Shown here: piece after piece, positions 55,668 through 64,000 of the stretch
How positions within the stretch are numbered: the stretch's first letter is position 1
How the letters are laid out: each line of letters begins with the position of its first letter
Assembly (NCBI GenBank): GCA_947085985.1
Contig: CAMTYL010000003.1
Location: 298,108-362,107, forward strand
DNA length: 64,000 nucleotides
Direction of reading: 5' to 3'
Origin: an uncultured bacterium
Lineage (GTDB): Bacteria; Patescibacteriota; Minisyncoccia; Phycocordibacterales; Phycocordibacteraceae
Notes under the pieces: generated by a model
Told to the model about the DNA's origin: nothing
Databases searched by the model: none
What the model saw: only the letters and a program-made list of their open reading frames with translations
Made by a program: the position numbers and the translations under genes

Positions 55668-57350
55668 CTAAGAACCTGCTGCGCCGTCTTCAAGTCTAGA
55701 CCCAGCCGGCGGCAGCGCGCGCGTAGTGAGTCGCTTCAAGGAATCGCTCAAATCCTGGAATTCTTTGTTCCGAAGACTTACCAGTACCCCAATAGCAACC
55801 AATAGACCCACCATACCAGCTAGAAGGCCTTGCGTGAATACCGCCAAGGTCGTGGTGAGTGGCTCCACATTGCCCATAAAGGAAAGCACCCCGTAGGCTG
55901 CTGTACCGCCCAAAATTCCCGCTCCGAGCGCTTCAAAGAGTGGCCGTATGAGAGAACGCGCTATTCCCGGCGCAACCGTGCGAAGCGTGATAAGCGCAGC
56001 AGTCGCAACCAGTAGCTGGCCAATCGTCGCTCCAACGGCGATGAAGAGGATGCTTGAACCACTCACTCCGTCCACACGGAAGAGTGTCTCCATAAAGTAC
56101 TGCAACTGCGGATAGTTTGTCGCAAGGGTTAGAAGCCCGACGGCCACGGCAACCGACACGCCTGCGTCAGCCAGCTGCATTAAGAGCGGGTTCCAGGAGC
56201 GCTGTGCTGCGTAGAACGCCCGAGCGCACAAGAGGATTATGCCCTGTGCTGCTAGTGCGACGATGAGGATTGCAAGAATAGCCGCGGTAAGGCGCGTATC
56301 GTCCCAGCCGAAGGCGCCGGTTCCAAGCACTATGCGCACAATATGCGCGCGAAGCACAATGGTGAGCACCATCACGATGACTGACCAAAAAATGATGTGT
56401 CGCGCCGCCGCACTAATTGTGTCTCTATAGGCCACGCTCTGTTTCTTGCGGTGATGTTCAGCAAGCACAGGAAACGCAGCGGTAGCGTAGGCAGCCCCAA
56501 TGAGTGAGAGCGGCACAGCCTCAAGATTGCTCGCAAAGGTGAACACGGACACGCCGCCCTCACCCGTTCTTGCGGCGAGGATAGTGAGCGCAAGAGTCAC
56601 CAGGGAGCCCATAGCAAGCGCCATCGAGCGCGGAAGTGAATCCTTCATCACCCCCCAAATAACCGCAGGGTTCGGGATGGTAGGTACCGGCAAGAGTCGC
56701 TCCTTAGTCAGAACAGGAATGTGGATGGCCAGATGAAGGAGGGCGCCAATCACCACACCCATACCAACACCCGAAAGTCCGTACACCGGATAGAGGAACA
56801 ACGTTCCTCCAATAATTCCGAGGTTATACAGCACGGGAGAAAGCGCAAATATGAGGAACTTGCGCTTCACTTGCGTCACACTGGTGGCAATTCCCGAGAG
56901 ACCCAGAATGATTGGCTGCAGTAGGAGTAATCGGGTGAGCAGCACGAACTCATCAGCGTTTTGGCCCGCCATCAAGCTTGGATACATGAGCGACAACAGT
57001 GTGGGCGCAGCAAACGCAAGAGCCGTGCAGATAAGTGCACCCACCACAAAGAGAAATGATGAGGTCTGCGAAATAAGTTTTCGCATCTCTATCGGGTCTC
57101 CACCTGAAAGACGCGGAATGAGCACGTATGCAGACACGAGTGATGCTACAAGGGCAAACACTAAGTCCGGCACACGGAAAGCGGCATAGTACAGGTCCAA
57201 CATCTCTCCTGCTCCAAACTGGTGCGCGAACTGACGATCGCGAACGAGCGCGAGAAGTTGCGAGGCTAACGTAAGGAACGCAAGCAAGTACGCGGCCTGG
57301 TGCAGGCCGCGTACTGGCTGGGTGATGGTCTTGAGTAGTTTGCTGACCAT
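55668..57350 (-). CDS. murJ: Lipid II flippase MurJ
   Basis: L.RD...A..FGAG...D.Y.AAFR.PD, P.LYN.GII and many TM segments. Confidence 0.9.
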   Translation of the reverse strand: MVSKLLKTITQPVRGLHQAAYLLAFLTLASQLLALVRDRQFAHQFGAGEMLDLYYAAFRVPDLVFALVASLVSAYVLIPRLSGGDPIEMRKLISQTSSFLFVVGALICTALAFAAPTLLSLMYPSLMAGQNADEFVLLTRLLLLQPIILGLSGIATSVTQVKRKFLIFALSPVLYNLGIIGGTLFLYPVYGLSGVGMGVVIGALLHLAIHIPVLTKERLLPVPTIPNPAVIWGVMKDSLPRSMALAMGSLVTLALTILAARTGEGGVSVFTFASNLEAVPLSLIGAAYATAAFPVLAEHHRKKQSVAYRDTISAAARHIIFWSVIVMVLTIVLRAHIVRIVLGTGAFGWDDTRLTAAILAILIVALAAQGIILLCARAFYAAQRSWNPLLMQLADAGVSVAVAVGLLTLATNYPQLQYFMETLFRVDGVSGSSILFIAVGATIGQLLVATAALITLRTVAPGIARSLIRPLFEALGAGILGGTAAYGVLSFMGNVEPLTTTLAVFTQGLLAGMVGLLVAIGVLVSLRNKEFQDLSDSLKRLTTRALPPAGSRLEDGAAGS

Positions 57351-57373
57351 CGTAGATTACTCACCTATAACTT

Positions 57374-59818
57374 CTACTGCCCGACGGTGGTTGCGGGGGC
57401 AGGCGCTTCACTTACTTTCTGTGGAATACCAAGAGCTCCGAGACGCGACTGCGGGAATGGATTCTTGCCTGCACGAAGCGTCGCCAAGTCACTTGCTACC
57501 GCCTCAGCATTCTCAGGCGAGATTGCCGCAACGGTCTCCAGTTCCTTAATTGCCTTTGCGTAGTCACCTGAGATTGCGTACATAACCCCAAGGAAGAAGC
57601 GCGCGTTTGCGTACTGAGGATTCAGCTCAACTGAGCGAGCGAGGGCAGCGATTGCGCCTGCATTGTCCCCATTAGCCGAGCGAAGAATTCCTACCTGGAA
57701 GATAACGGTTGGATCGTTTGGCGCAAAGTACGCTGCGGCCTCAGCTGCCTGAAGAGCCTCTTTTGCCTTACCAAGCTGCACCATGAGCTGTGAGAGCAGG
57801 AAGATTGCCTGAGTGTAGTCACGCTTCAAAGTGATGGTCTGAATGAGTACACCTTCTGCTGCAATCCCGTTGCCCTGTGCAATTTCAAGCTGCGCGAGCA
57901 CGTAGAGCAGACTCGGATTGGTTGGGTTAAGTGCGATGGCACGATCGTACGCAGTTTTTGCGTTATCGTATGCTCCCTCAATCTTAAGCGGCACCACAAT
58001 ACCGTAGACGTTTCCAAGCATTACCCAGTTTTGGTAGTTGTTTGGATTCATCTTTGTTGCAGCCAGCGCGTCTTGGATTGCCTTTGAAAGAGCAGTCTGG
58101 AATCGCTGCTGTGCCTCTGACGCGCCAAGGGTATCGTCTGCCGCAATCTCTCGCATACGTGCGATGCCAATAGCAGCAGCTACTTGATACGCGCGGTCGG
58201 TCGGCGCAAACAGGATAGAGCGATTGATAGCAGCGTCTGCGCTCTCATACTTTCCTGCTGCAAGTGCAATGCTTGCCTCGTTGTACGCAACGCTTGCAAG
58301 GTAGCGCTCTATAACAACGTAGGTTGCAAGAATTGATGCGAGGAGCAAGAGGGTGAGCCCGAACACAATCACAAAGCCGACACGCGGACTGCGGGTGAAG
58401 ATGATTCCCCATTCACGCGCCTGCTCACCATACCGCATCGTTGATATAAACAATCCGGCCAGAATGAAGCCAAGCACGAGTACTATCGGACCAGGCACCG
58501 CAAGGATTGCGAGTGCCACCACGTACATGAATCCAGTAAAGGACGCCATGCTCGCAAAACGAACAAATGGGTCTTTTGGCGAGCGCAAAAGAAGCATGCG
58601 TAGCCCCAAGAAGAGGAAGAGACCGAGGAATCCAATCCATGCGAGCGCCCCAACGACTCCCGTAGTCACAAATGAGGTAGGGATGTAGCCGACCCCCGTG
58701 CCGAAGTCAATGTTCCAGAACACGGTGTCGTTCAACGCACGGTCACGGAACTTAAGCCACTGAGAACCAAAGGTTCCAGGACCTGAACCAAACACCGGAG
58801 ACGATGCGTAGGTGTGACTACCCACATCAAAGGTGGACGTCCATGATGGGCGAACATCAATCACATTTGCGCCAAAGGCGTTTACTACGGCGTTTCCGAT
58901 TGTAGATCCACCAATAAGGAAGAAGAGGCCGATTGCAAGGGTGACGAGCGGGGCCACCAAAGAACGCGAATGACCCTCTCCAACTTCCTGCTCATTCTCT
59001 GCGAGCATAAGAGCAACTCCGTCAAGATCGGAGTCGTCGCCAGGAGCACGGTTCTTCATAATTGCCTCAATAAAGAGACCGAACGCAACTAGAACAACAA
59101 GTGCCCAGACAATCGTGGAGTTAACCACTGCTAGTGCTAGGAGTCCTAGGCCGCCACAGATATAGAGAGCCAGGCGTACACGCGGAGCGAGCTTAAGGAA
59201 GCGAAGGGCAAGAAGCGCAACCGTGATAGCAAGACCCACCACCATACCAAGGTCTGAGAAAGAGCCCACGATATTTGTCGTAGCCGATACCTTTGTTGGC
59301 GCGATGCGGCTCACTATGAACACGACTGCCTGCACCACTACTACGGCGCCGAGCAAAATACCTCCTACTTTGAAAGCGAGCTTCAAGCTCGGTACTCTAC
59401 GGAAGGAGAGCGCCGTGAGCGTTGCTAGGGCCGTAAGAATAAGCACGAATCCTAGCGTGTCAATTTCTATATCGGTACCGAAGAATCCAGCACTCAGTCC
59501 AACACCAGAGAAGAGAGCCGAGAGAAGATACGCAAGAGGTATGAGCCAGAGTGCCCCAAGAAGCGGAAGCGGCGGCACAATCGCATTTCCACGAGTAAGG
59601 CGCGCGAGAATGTAGAGCACAAGCGTCACCAGAGTTCCGATTGCGAGAATGGAAACTTTGGTAAATACAAACGGAATGTTTGCCGCTGGTATAAAGGCGA
59701 CGCTAGCGAGCACAACACTGCCGAGCACGGCAATAGTTGTCGCTATATCAAAAGAAAAACGGCGAGGACGGGGTACGCTCGCATGCACACTACCGGCTGG
59801 TTGGATATCTTGCTGCAT
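57374..59818 (-). CDS. Polytopic membrane protein (O-antigen-ligase-like) with C-terminal TPR repeats
   Basis: About 12 TM segments, P.FGSGPGTF and TPR motifs (AI.LNP). Confidence 0.8.
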   Translation of the reverse strand: MQQDIQPAGSVHASVPRPRRFSFDIATTIAVLGSVVLASVAFIPAANIPFVFTKVSILAIGTLVTLVLYILARLTRGNAIVPPLPLLGALWLIPLAYLLSALFSGVGLSAGFFGTDIEIDTLGFVLILTALATLTALSFRRVPSLKLAFKVGGILLGAVVVVQAVVFIVSRIAPTKVSATTNIVGSFSDLGMVVGLAITVALLALRFLKLAPRVRLALYICGGLGLLALAVVNSTIVWALVVLVAFGLFIEAIMKNRAPGDDSDLDGVALMLAENEQEVGEGHSRSLVAPLVTLAIGLFFLIGGSTIGNAVVNAFGANVIDVRPSWTSTFDVGSHTYASSPVFGSGPGTFGSQWLKFRDRALNDTVFWNIDFGTGVGYIPTSFVTTGVVGALAWIGFLGLFLFLGLRMLLLRSPKDPFVRFASMASFTGFMYVVALAILAVPGPIVLVLGFILAGLFISTMRYGEQAREWGIIFTRSPRVGFVIVFGLTLLLLASILATYVVIERYLASVAYNEASIALAAGKYESADAAINRSILFAPTDRAYQVAAAIGIARMREIAADDTLGASEAQQRFQTALSKAIQDALAATKMNPNNYQNWVMLGNVYGIVVPLKIEGAYDNAKTAYDRAIALNPTNPSLLYVLAQLEIAQGNGIAAEGVLIQTITLKRDYTQAIFLLSQLMVQLGKAKEALQAAEAAAYFAPNDPTVIFQVGILRSANGDNAGAIAALARSVELNPQYANARFFLGVMYAISGDYAKAIKELETVAAISPENAEAVASDLATLRAGKNPFPQSRLGALGIPQKVSEAPAPATTVGQ

Positions 59819-59939
59819 ATAATCTTTTTACAATGGCCCTAATAATCTTAGTAAGTATAGCTTATTCCGCGGGGTAAACCCCGCAAATCGTGGGGAAAAG
59901 CGAAATCCGCCCGATAAGAGGCGGATTTCGCATGTTTTT

Positions 59940-60310
59940 GGACTGGCTCGATAAGCCGAATTCTGTCCCAGCTCCACTTTTGCATTGCTGCTAAAGTGGG
60001 GCTGGGGACGATCATTTATCTGGGACTACTGTTACCAGCAGCCTCGAGCGGCACCCATGAACCCAAGAGTTCAAGTACGGCCTTGCACAGAGGTAAGGAT
60101 TTAGCCGTTTCATTCTCTGTGTCGCCACAAAGATTCATCTCAAAGAGATGTCCTTTGCTTTCGCTCCGGACGTCACTGTTCGCACCTCGCGCATCACTGC
60201 GGACGGGCGTTACCCGCTACCTTGCTGATCAGTGCTTTCGCACTGCCTGAGTTCGGACTTTCCTCTATGTCGCCTCCGAAGAAGGGCACAGCGATCGTCT
60301 GAGCCAGTCC
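59940..60310 (-). ncRNA. rnpB: RNase P RNA
   Basis: GAGGAAAGTCCG, ACAGAATTCGGCTTAT and P1 helix GGACTGGCTC/GAGCCAGTCC. Confidence 0.96.
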
Positions 60311-60332
60311 GTATGGATTATACCACGCTATC

Positions 60333-60797
60333 TTAGTTCCGCCAGTTATCGGGGAGTGCAATCTTGTCACCTACCTTGTACCCGCGCGCACGTGACTCCC
60401 CTGCACGCATTTCAAGCACGAGGCGCACAGGCTCTGGTGCTTCAAACGTGGTGCCCGGATATGTTTCTGACACTACCGATTCCTCAATCCCTACAATAGT
60501 GCCGTTATCAGACAGCCACACAATATCAATGGGCACAAGCATGTCTTTCATCCAAAATGAGTATGTGTCCGCTTTTGGAAATACAAAGAGCATGCCGTAC
60601 CCTTGCGGAACACTCGTGCGTCCAGAGAGTCCCCGCGACCACTCTTCAGGTGTTCTCACTATTTCAAAGGTAAGAGGGGCTTCTACATCTACCGCGACCA
60701 CCGGCGCGTGCACATTCTTTGTGGTCAGAACAAACGAGACAGCAAGTACAATAAACGCAACAACAGATACGATGGCGAAACTTCGGTAGTCCTTCAT
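60333..60797 (-). CDS. DUF192 domain protein
   Basis: GLS.R, GMLFVF, FWMK.M..PIDI and VLE..AG. Confidence 0.92.
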   Translation of the reverse strand: MKDYRSFAIVSVVAFIVLAVSFVLTTKNVHAPVVAVDVEAPLTFEIVRTPEEWSRGLSGRTSVPQGYGMLFVFPKADTYSFWMKDMLVPIDIVWLSDNGTIVGIEESVVSETYPGTTFEAPEPVRLVLEMRAGESRARGYKVGDKIALPDNWRN

Positions 60798-60820
60798 ATG
60801 CACCTTAGTGTAGCGCATCA

Positions 60821-60955
60821 AAAAACAAGAAACCCCGCACAGGGGCGGGGTGTTCTTCTCTTTCTTCAATACTTGAACTGAATTATTTACGGCCTAGTTG
60901 TAAAAAGTGTCGGTCCGAAGACCGAAATAAGCCGTAAACAGCTCACTTCAAATAT
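60821..60955 (-). ncRNA. Candidate small structured RNA
   Basis: Promoter TTGACA-17-TAATAT, a long hairpin and a terminator; no convincing ORF. Confidence 0.4.
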
Positions 60956-60991
60956 AGATATATATTATCACCTCCACCCAAATCTGTCAAG

Positions 60992-61227
60992 TGCGGAGGC
61001 GGAAAGACCGCGAGTACACCCCAAGGGCATTTCCAATTTCTAATTGCTTCGCTCAAGAAATCTAGGGCCGCTTTTCGAACCTTACAGGTTCTGTACACCT
61101 TGTGGGCAGTTTGTTCGCATAAGAATGCTCCATCCTGCACTCACAAGGTCTTCGAATCTCTCCCGCACAGCTCCCAGCTGTGCTCGCCTCAGCAAATTAA
61201 AAACCGCCCTGCGGCGGATTTAATTTG
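60992..61227 (-). other. tRNA-anchored structured element, copy 2
   Basis: Same core as 43814-43982, with arms matching the tRNA-Ser(GGA) 3' end. Confidence 0.8.
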
Positions 61228-61312
61228 CGGAGGCGGAGAGATTCGAACTCTCGGTACCTTTCGGCACGCCACCTTTCCAAGATGGTGCACTAGACCGCTA
61301 TGCGACGCCTCC
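61228..61312 (-). tRNA. tRNA-Ser(GGA)
   Basis: Anticodon arm CCATC-TTGGAAA-GGTGG; long variable arm. Confidence 0.95.
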
Positions 61313-61336
61313 CTTGTGTTGCTGTTATAACACATC

Positions 61337-62227
61337 CTACACACCTGTGCCGAGAAGTGCTTGCACACGCTTCTCTACGGGTGGGTGGGTTGCGAAGAGA
61401 CCATTCACAAAGTTCATGGCGCTCTTTCCGTACGGGTTTGCAATAAAGAGGTGCGCGGTCGCGTGACTGGTGCGCTGCATCGGTGCGTCGTATCCACTAA
61501 TCTTCTGAAGTGCTCGAGCCAGACCCTCTGGGTAGCGGGTAAGGAGCGCACCAGACGCGTCTGCAAGGAACTCCCTACGGCGGCTAATAGCCAGCTGTAT
61601 AAGTTGTGCTGCAATCGGCGCCAGAATAATTCCAACAATTGCCAGAATCATAAATAGCCCACCACGATTGCTGTCGCGGTCACCCCCAGAGAACGACATG
61701 CGTAGGAACATGTCAGCAAGAATTGCGAGGAATCCTGCGAGCACCACGGCAACCGTCATTACGAGCATGTCGCGGTTTTGAATGTGCGAGAGCTCGTGTG
61801 CAATTACCCCTTCAAGCTCTTGCCTATCAAGCATGGCCAAAAGACCGGTGGTGGCAGCGACAACCGCGTGCTTCTCATCGCGCCCCGTGGCAAACGCGTT
61901 TGGCGCAGGGTCCTCAATTACGTAGAGCTTTGGCATAGGAAGTCCTGCGGCAATAGCCATGTTCTCCGTGACCGTGTAGAGGTCAAAATGCTCTTCACGA
62001 GTAGCGGGCTTTGCGCCCGTCATAGACAGCACCTGCTTGTCACTAAACCAAAAGGCCCATACGTTCATAACCACCGCAATACCCATTGCAATGTAGAGCA
62101 GACTTGGCGATTGGTAGTACCAGGAAACCCCGTATCCAATAGCAAGCACGATAGCGAGGAACATCGCCATAAGGAACGCGGTGCGCCATGCGTTTTGTGA
62201 GCGCTGCTGGTAGAGGGTTGTTGCCAT
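61337..62227 (-). CDS. htpX: Zinc metalloprotease HtpX
   Basis: PNAFATG, HELSH, SRRREFLAD and THPP. Confidence 0.95.
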   Translation of the reverse strand: MATTLYQQRSQNAWRTAFLMAMFLAIVLAIGYGVSWYYQSPSLLYIAMGIAVVMNVWAFWFSDKQVLSMTGAKPATREEHFDLYTVTENMAIAAGLPMPKLYVIEDPAPNAFATGRDEKHAVVAATTGLLAMLDRQELEGVIAHELSHIQNRDMLVMTVAVVLAGFLAILADMFLRMSFSGGDRDSNRGGLFMILAIVGIILAPIAAQLIQLAISRRREFLADASGALLTRYPEGLARALQKISGYDAPMQRTSHATAHLFIANPYGKSAMNFVNGLFATHPPVEKRVQALLGTGV

Positions 62228-62270
62228 AGGTAGGTATATGTAAGGACGCCTGGGAAAGCGACCTATTACG

Positions 62271-62840
62271 TTAGAAGGATACGGCTACTGGCTCCTTTGC
62301 CGCCTGGTCTGCCTCGGAGAGCTCAAACAGATCCATCTGCACGAACTTGAACATGCCAGCAATGATATTCCCCGGGAATGACTCAATCGCCGTGTTAAGT
62401 GCCATAACGGTCTGGTTGTAGAAACGGCGAGACGCCTGAATCTTGTCCTCGGTGTCAGCAAGCTCCTTCTGAAGCTGGAGGAAGTTCTGGTTTGCCTTTA
62501 GGTCTGGGTACGCCTCTGCAATGGCAAAGATGGACTTAAGTGCGCCCGTGAGCATGTTTTCTGCTTCTGCGTGCTGTGCTGGTGTAGCAGTGGCGCCAAC
62601 GCCCATAGCCGCAGCGCGCGCGTTTGATACGTTCTCAAACGCCGCAGCCTCGTGTGCTGCGTATCCCTTCACCGTGTTGATGAGGTTTGGGATAAGGTCA
62701 TAGCGACGCTTAAGCTGCACATCAATGTCAGACCAGGCCTCCTTTGCCTGATTACGCTTTGCAATAAAGCCGTTGTAGGCAAGAGCAACAGCAACCCCGA
62801 TTACGGCGAGTACGCCAAGAACAGTGTATAAGGTAGTCAT
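62271..62840 (-). CDS. lemA: LemA family protein
   Basis: AWSDIDVQLKRRYDLIPNL and AEAYPDLKANQNF. Confidence 0.96.
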   Translation of the reverse strand: MTTLYTVLGVLAVIGVAVALAYNGFIAKRNQAKEAWSDIDVQLKRRYDLIPNLINTVKGYAAHEAAAFENVSNARAAAMGVGATATPAQHAEAENMLTGALKSIFAIAEAYPDLKANQNFLQLQKELADTEDKIQASRRFYNQTVMALNTAIESFPGNIIAGMFKFVQMDLFELSEADQAAKEPVAVSF

Positions 62841-62889
62841 ATATCTATATTGTATAAGTTGCTGGTCTATTGTCAAAAATAGTGATATG

Positions 62890-62927
62890 CGAAAACACCC
62901 CGGACCAGAATGGTCCGGGGTGTTTCG
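62890..62927 (-). terminator. Terminator of groEL
   Basis: AAACACCCCGGACCA-GAA-TGGTCCGGGGTGTTT. Confidence 0.85.
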
Positions 62928-62955
62928 TTTTCTTTTCTGGAACAGGGAAGTTGGG

Positions 62956-64000
62956 CTAGAAATCCATTCCGCCCATGCCCCCGCTCATGTCACCCGCTCC
63001 AGACTTAGGCTCTGGAATATCAGCGACGGCTGCCTCTGTGGTGATAAAGATAGCCGCTGCAGACACGGCGTTCTCAAGCGCGCTGCGCGTCACCTTAACA
63101 GGATCAATAATTCCCGCCTCCGCCATGTCTGGAACTTCCACACCAATGGCAGCGTCATACCCCGCGAATCCCTTTGCATTTTGTACGCGCTCAACAATGG
63201 CAGACCCGTCGTCCTTTCCAGCATTAGCAAGAATCTGACGAAGCGGTGCTTCTAGTGCACGGCCCACAATGGCAAAGCCGGTCTCCTCGTCTTTGGAATC
63301 AAACTCCCAATCCTCAACACGGAGAAGGCGAGACACCTTTGCAAGCGCCGTACCGCCACCAGGCACGATACCTTCCTCAATAGACGCCTTTGTTGCCTTC
63401 ACCGCGTCATCAATCTTGTCCTTCAAATACTTCATCTCGGTCTCGGTAGCAGCACCAACACGGATGACCGCAACACCGCCAGAGAGCTTTGCGATGCGCT
63501 CCTCAAACTTTTCAATGTCGAACTTGCTCGTGCTCTGCTCCTTTAGTGTGTTCAGCTGCTGCACGCGTGCCTCTATATCAGTCTTACTTCCCTTACCACC
63601 CACAAACACGGTTGAGTCTTTACCTGCTACCACACGTGATGCCTTTCCGAGCACCGAAAGCTCAGCATTCTCAAACGTCATGCCAAGGTCGCTTGATACC
63701 ACCGTTGCGCCAACAACTGCTGCGATGTCTGCGAGCATTTCCTTCTTGCGGTCGCCAAATCCTGGCGCCTTTACCGCAAGCACGTTAAAGGTGCCGCGCA
63801 GCTTGTTCAGAATGAATGTTGCAAGTGCGTCCCCTTCAATGTCGTCCGCAATGATGACAAGCTCTTTCTTTCCTGACTGCGCAATCTTTTCTAGGAAGGG
63901 AAGTATGTCCTGCACCGTGGAGATCTTGCGGTCAGTGACGAGAATCTGCGCATCGCGCATCTCTGCCTCCATACGCTCAGGATTGGTGACGAGGTATGGG
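62956..64000 (-). CDS. groL: Chaperonin GroEL (3' part; truncated by window)
   Basis: KAPGFGDRKK, GGVAVI.VGAATE, GIIDP.KV and GGM tail. Confidence 0.98.
   Translation of the reverse strand, partial: PYLVTNPERMEAEMRDAQILVTDRKISTVQDILPFLEKIAQSGKKELVIIADDIEGDALATFILNKLRGTFNVLAVKAPGFGDRKKEMLADIAAVVGATVVSSDLGMTFENAELSVLGKASRVVAGKDSTVFVGGKGSKTDIEARVQQLNTLKEQSTSKFDIEKFEERIAKLSGGVAVIRVGAATETEMKYLKDKIDDAVKATKASIEEGIVPGGGTALAKVSRLLRVEDWEFDSKDEETGFAIVGRALEAPLRQILANAGKDDGSAIVERVQNAKGFAGYDAAIGVEVPDMAEAGIIDPVKVTRSALENAVSAAAIFITTEAAVADIPEPKSGAGDMSGGMGGMDF

Noticed and set aside
1-64000. Alternative genetic code (TGA=Gly)
   Set aside because: Conserved genes are full length under code 11, and TGA ends several genes (e.g. 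lepB, the prsW-like gene).

Overview
The window looks like chromosomal DNA from a Patescibacteria/CPR bacterium (Parcubacteria-like), using standard code 11. The lineage call is an inference from gene content and style. The housekeeping backbone includes gyrA, rpsA, nrdAB, pth, lepB, ybeY-ftsA-ftsZ, trxB, tsaC/tsaD, valS, lepA, murJ, rnpB, htpX-lemA, groEL and six tRNAs. Between these sit many small self-contained accessory genes. The most striking unexplained structures are: (1) six ungapped copies of a 35-bp promoter-bearing repeat that delimit unrelated genes like cassettes (11051-15950); (2) two copies of a structured element downstream of tRNA-Val and tRNA-Ser, with a shared covarying core but outer arms copied from each host tRNA's 3' end; (3) further palindromic element families (RAYT-associated REP-like, RPE-like and ~170-bp hairpins); (4) a METTL9/DREV-like methyltransferase; and (5) two divergent ATP-grasp ligases next to an aminoacyl-transferase-like gene and a small acidic peptide. 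All protein calls come from motif recognition by eye, not from database searches.
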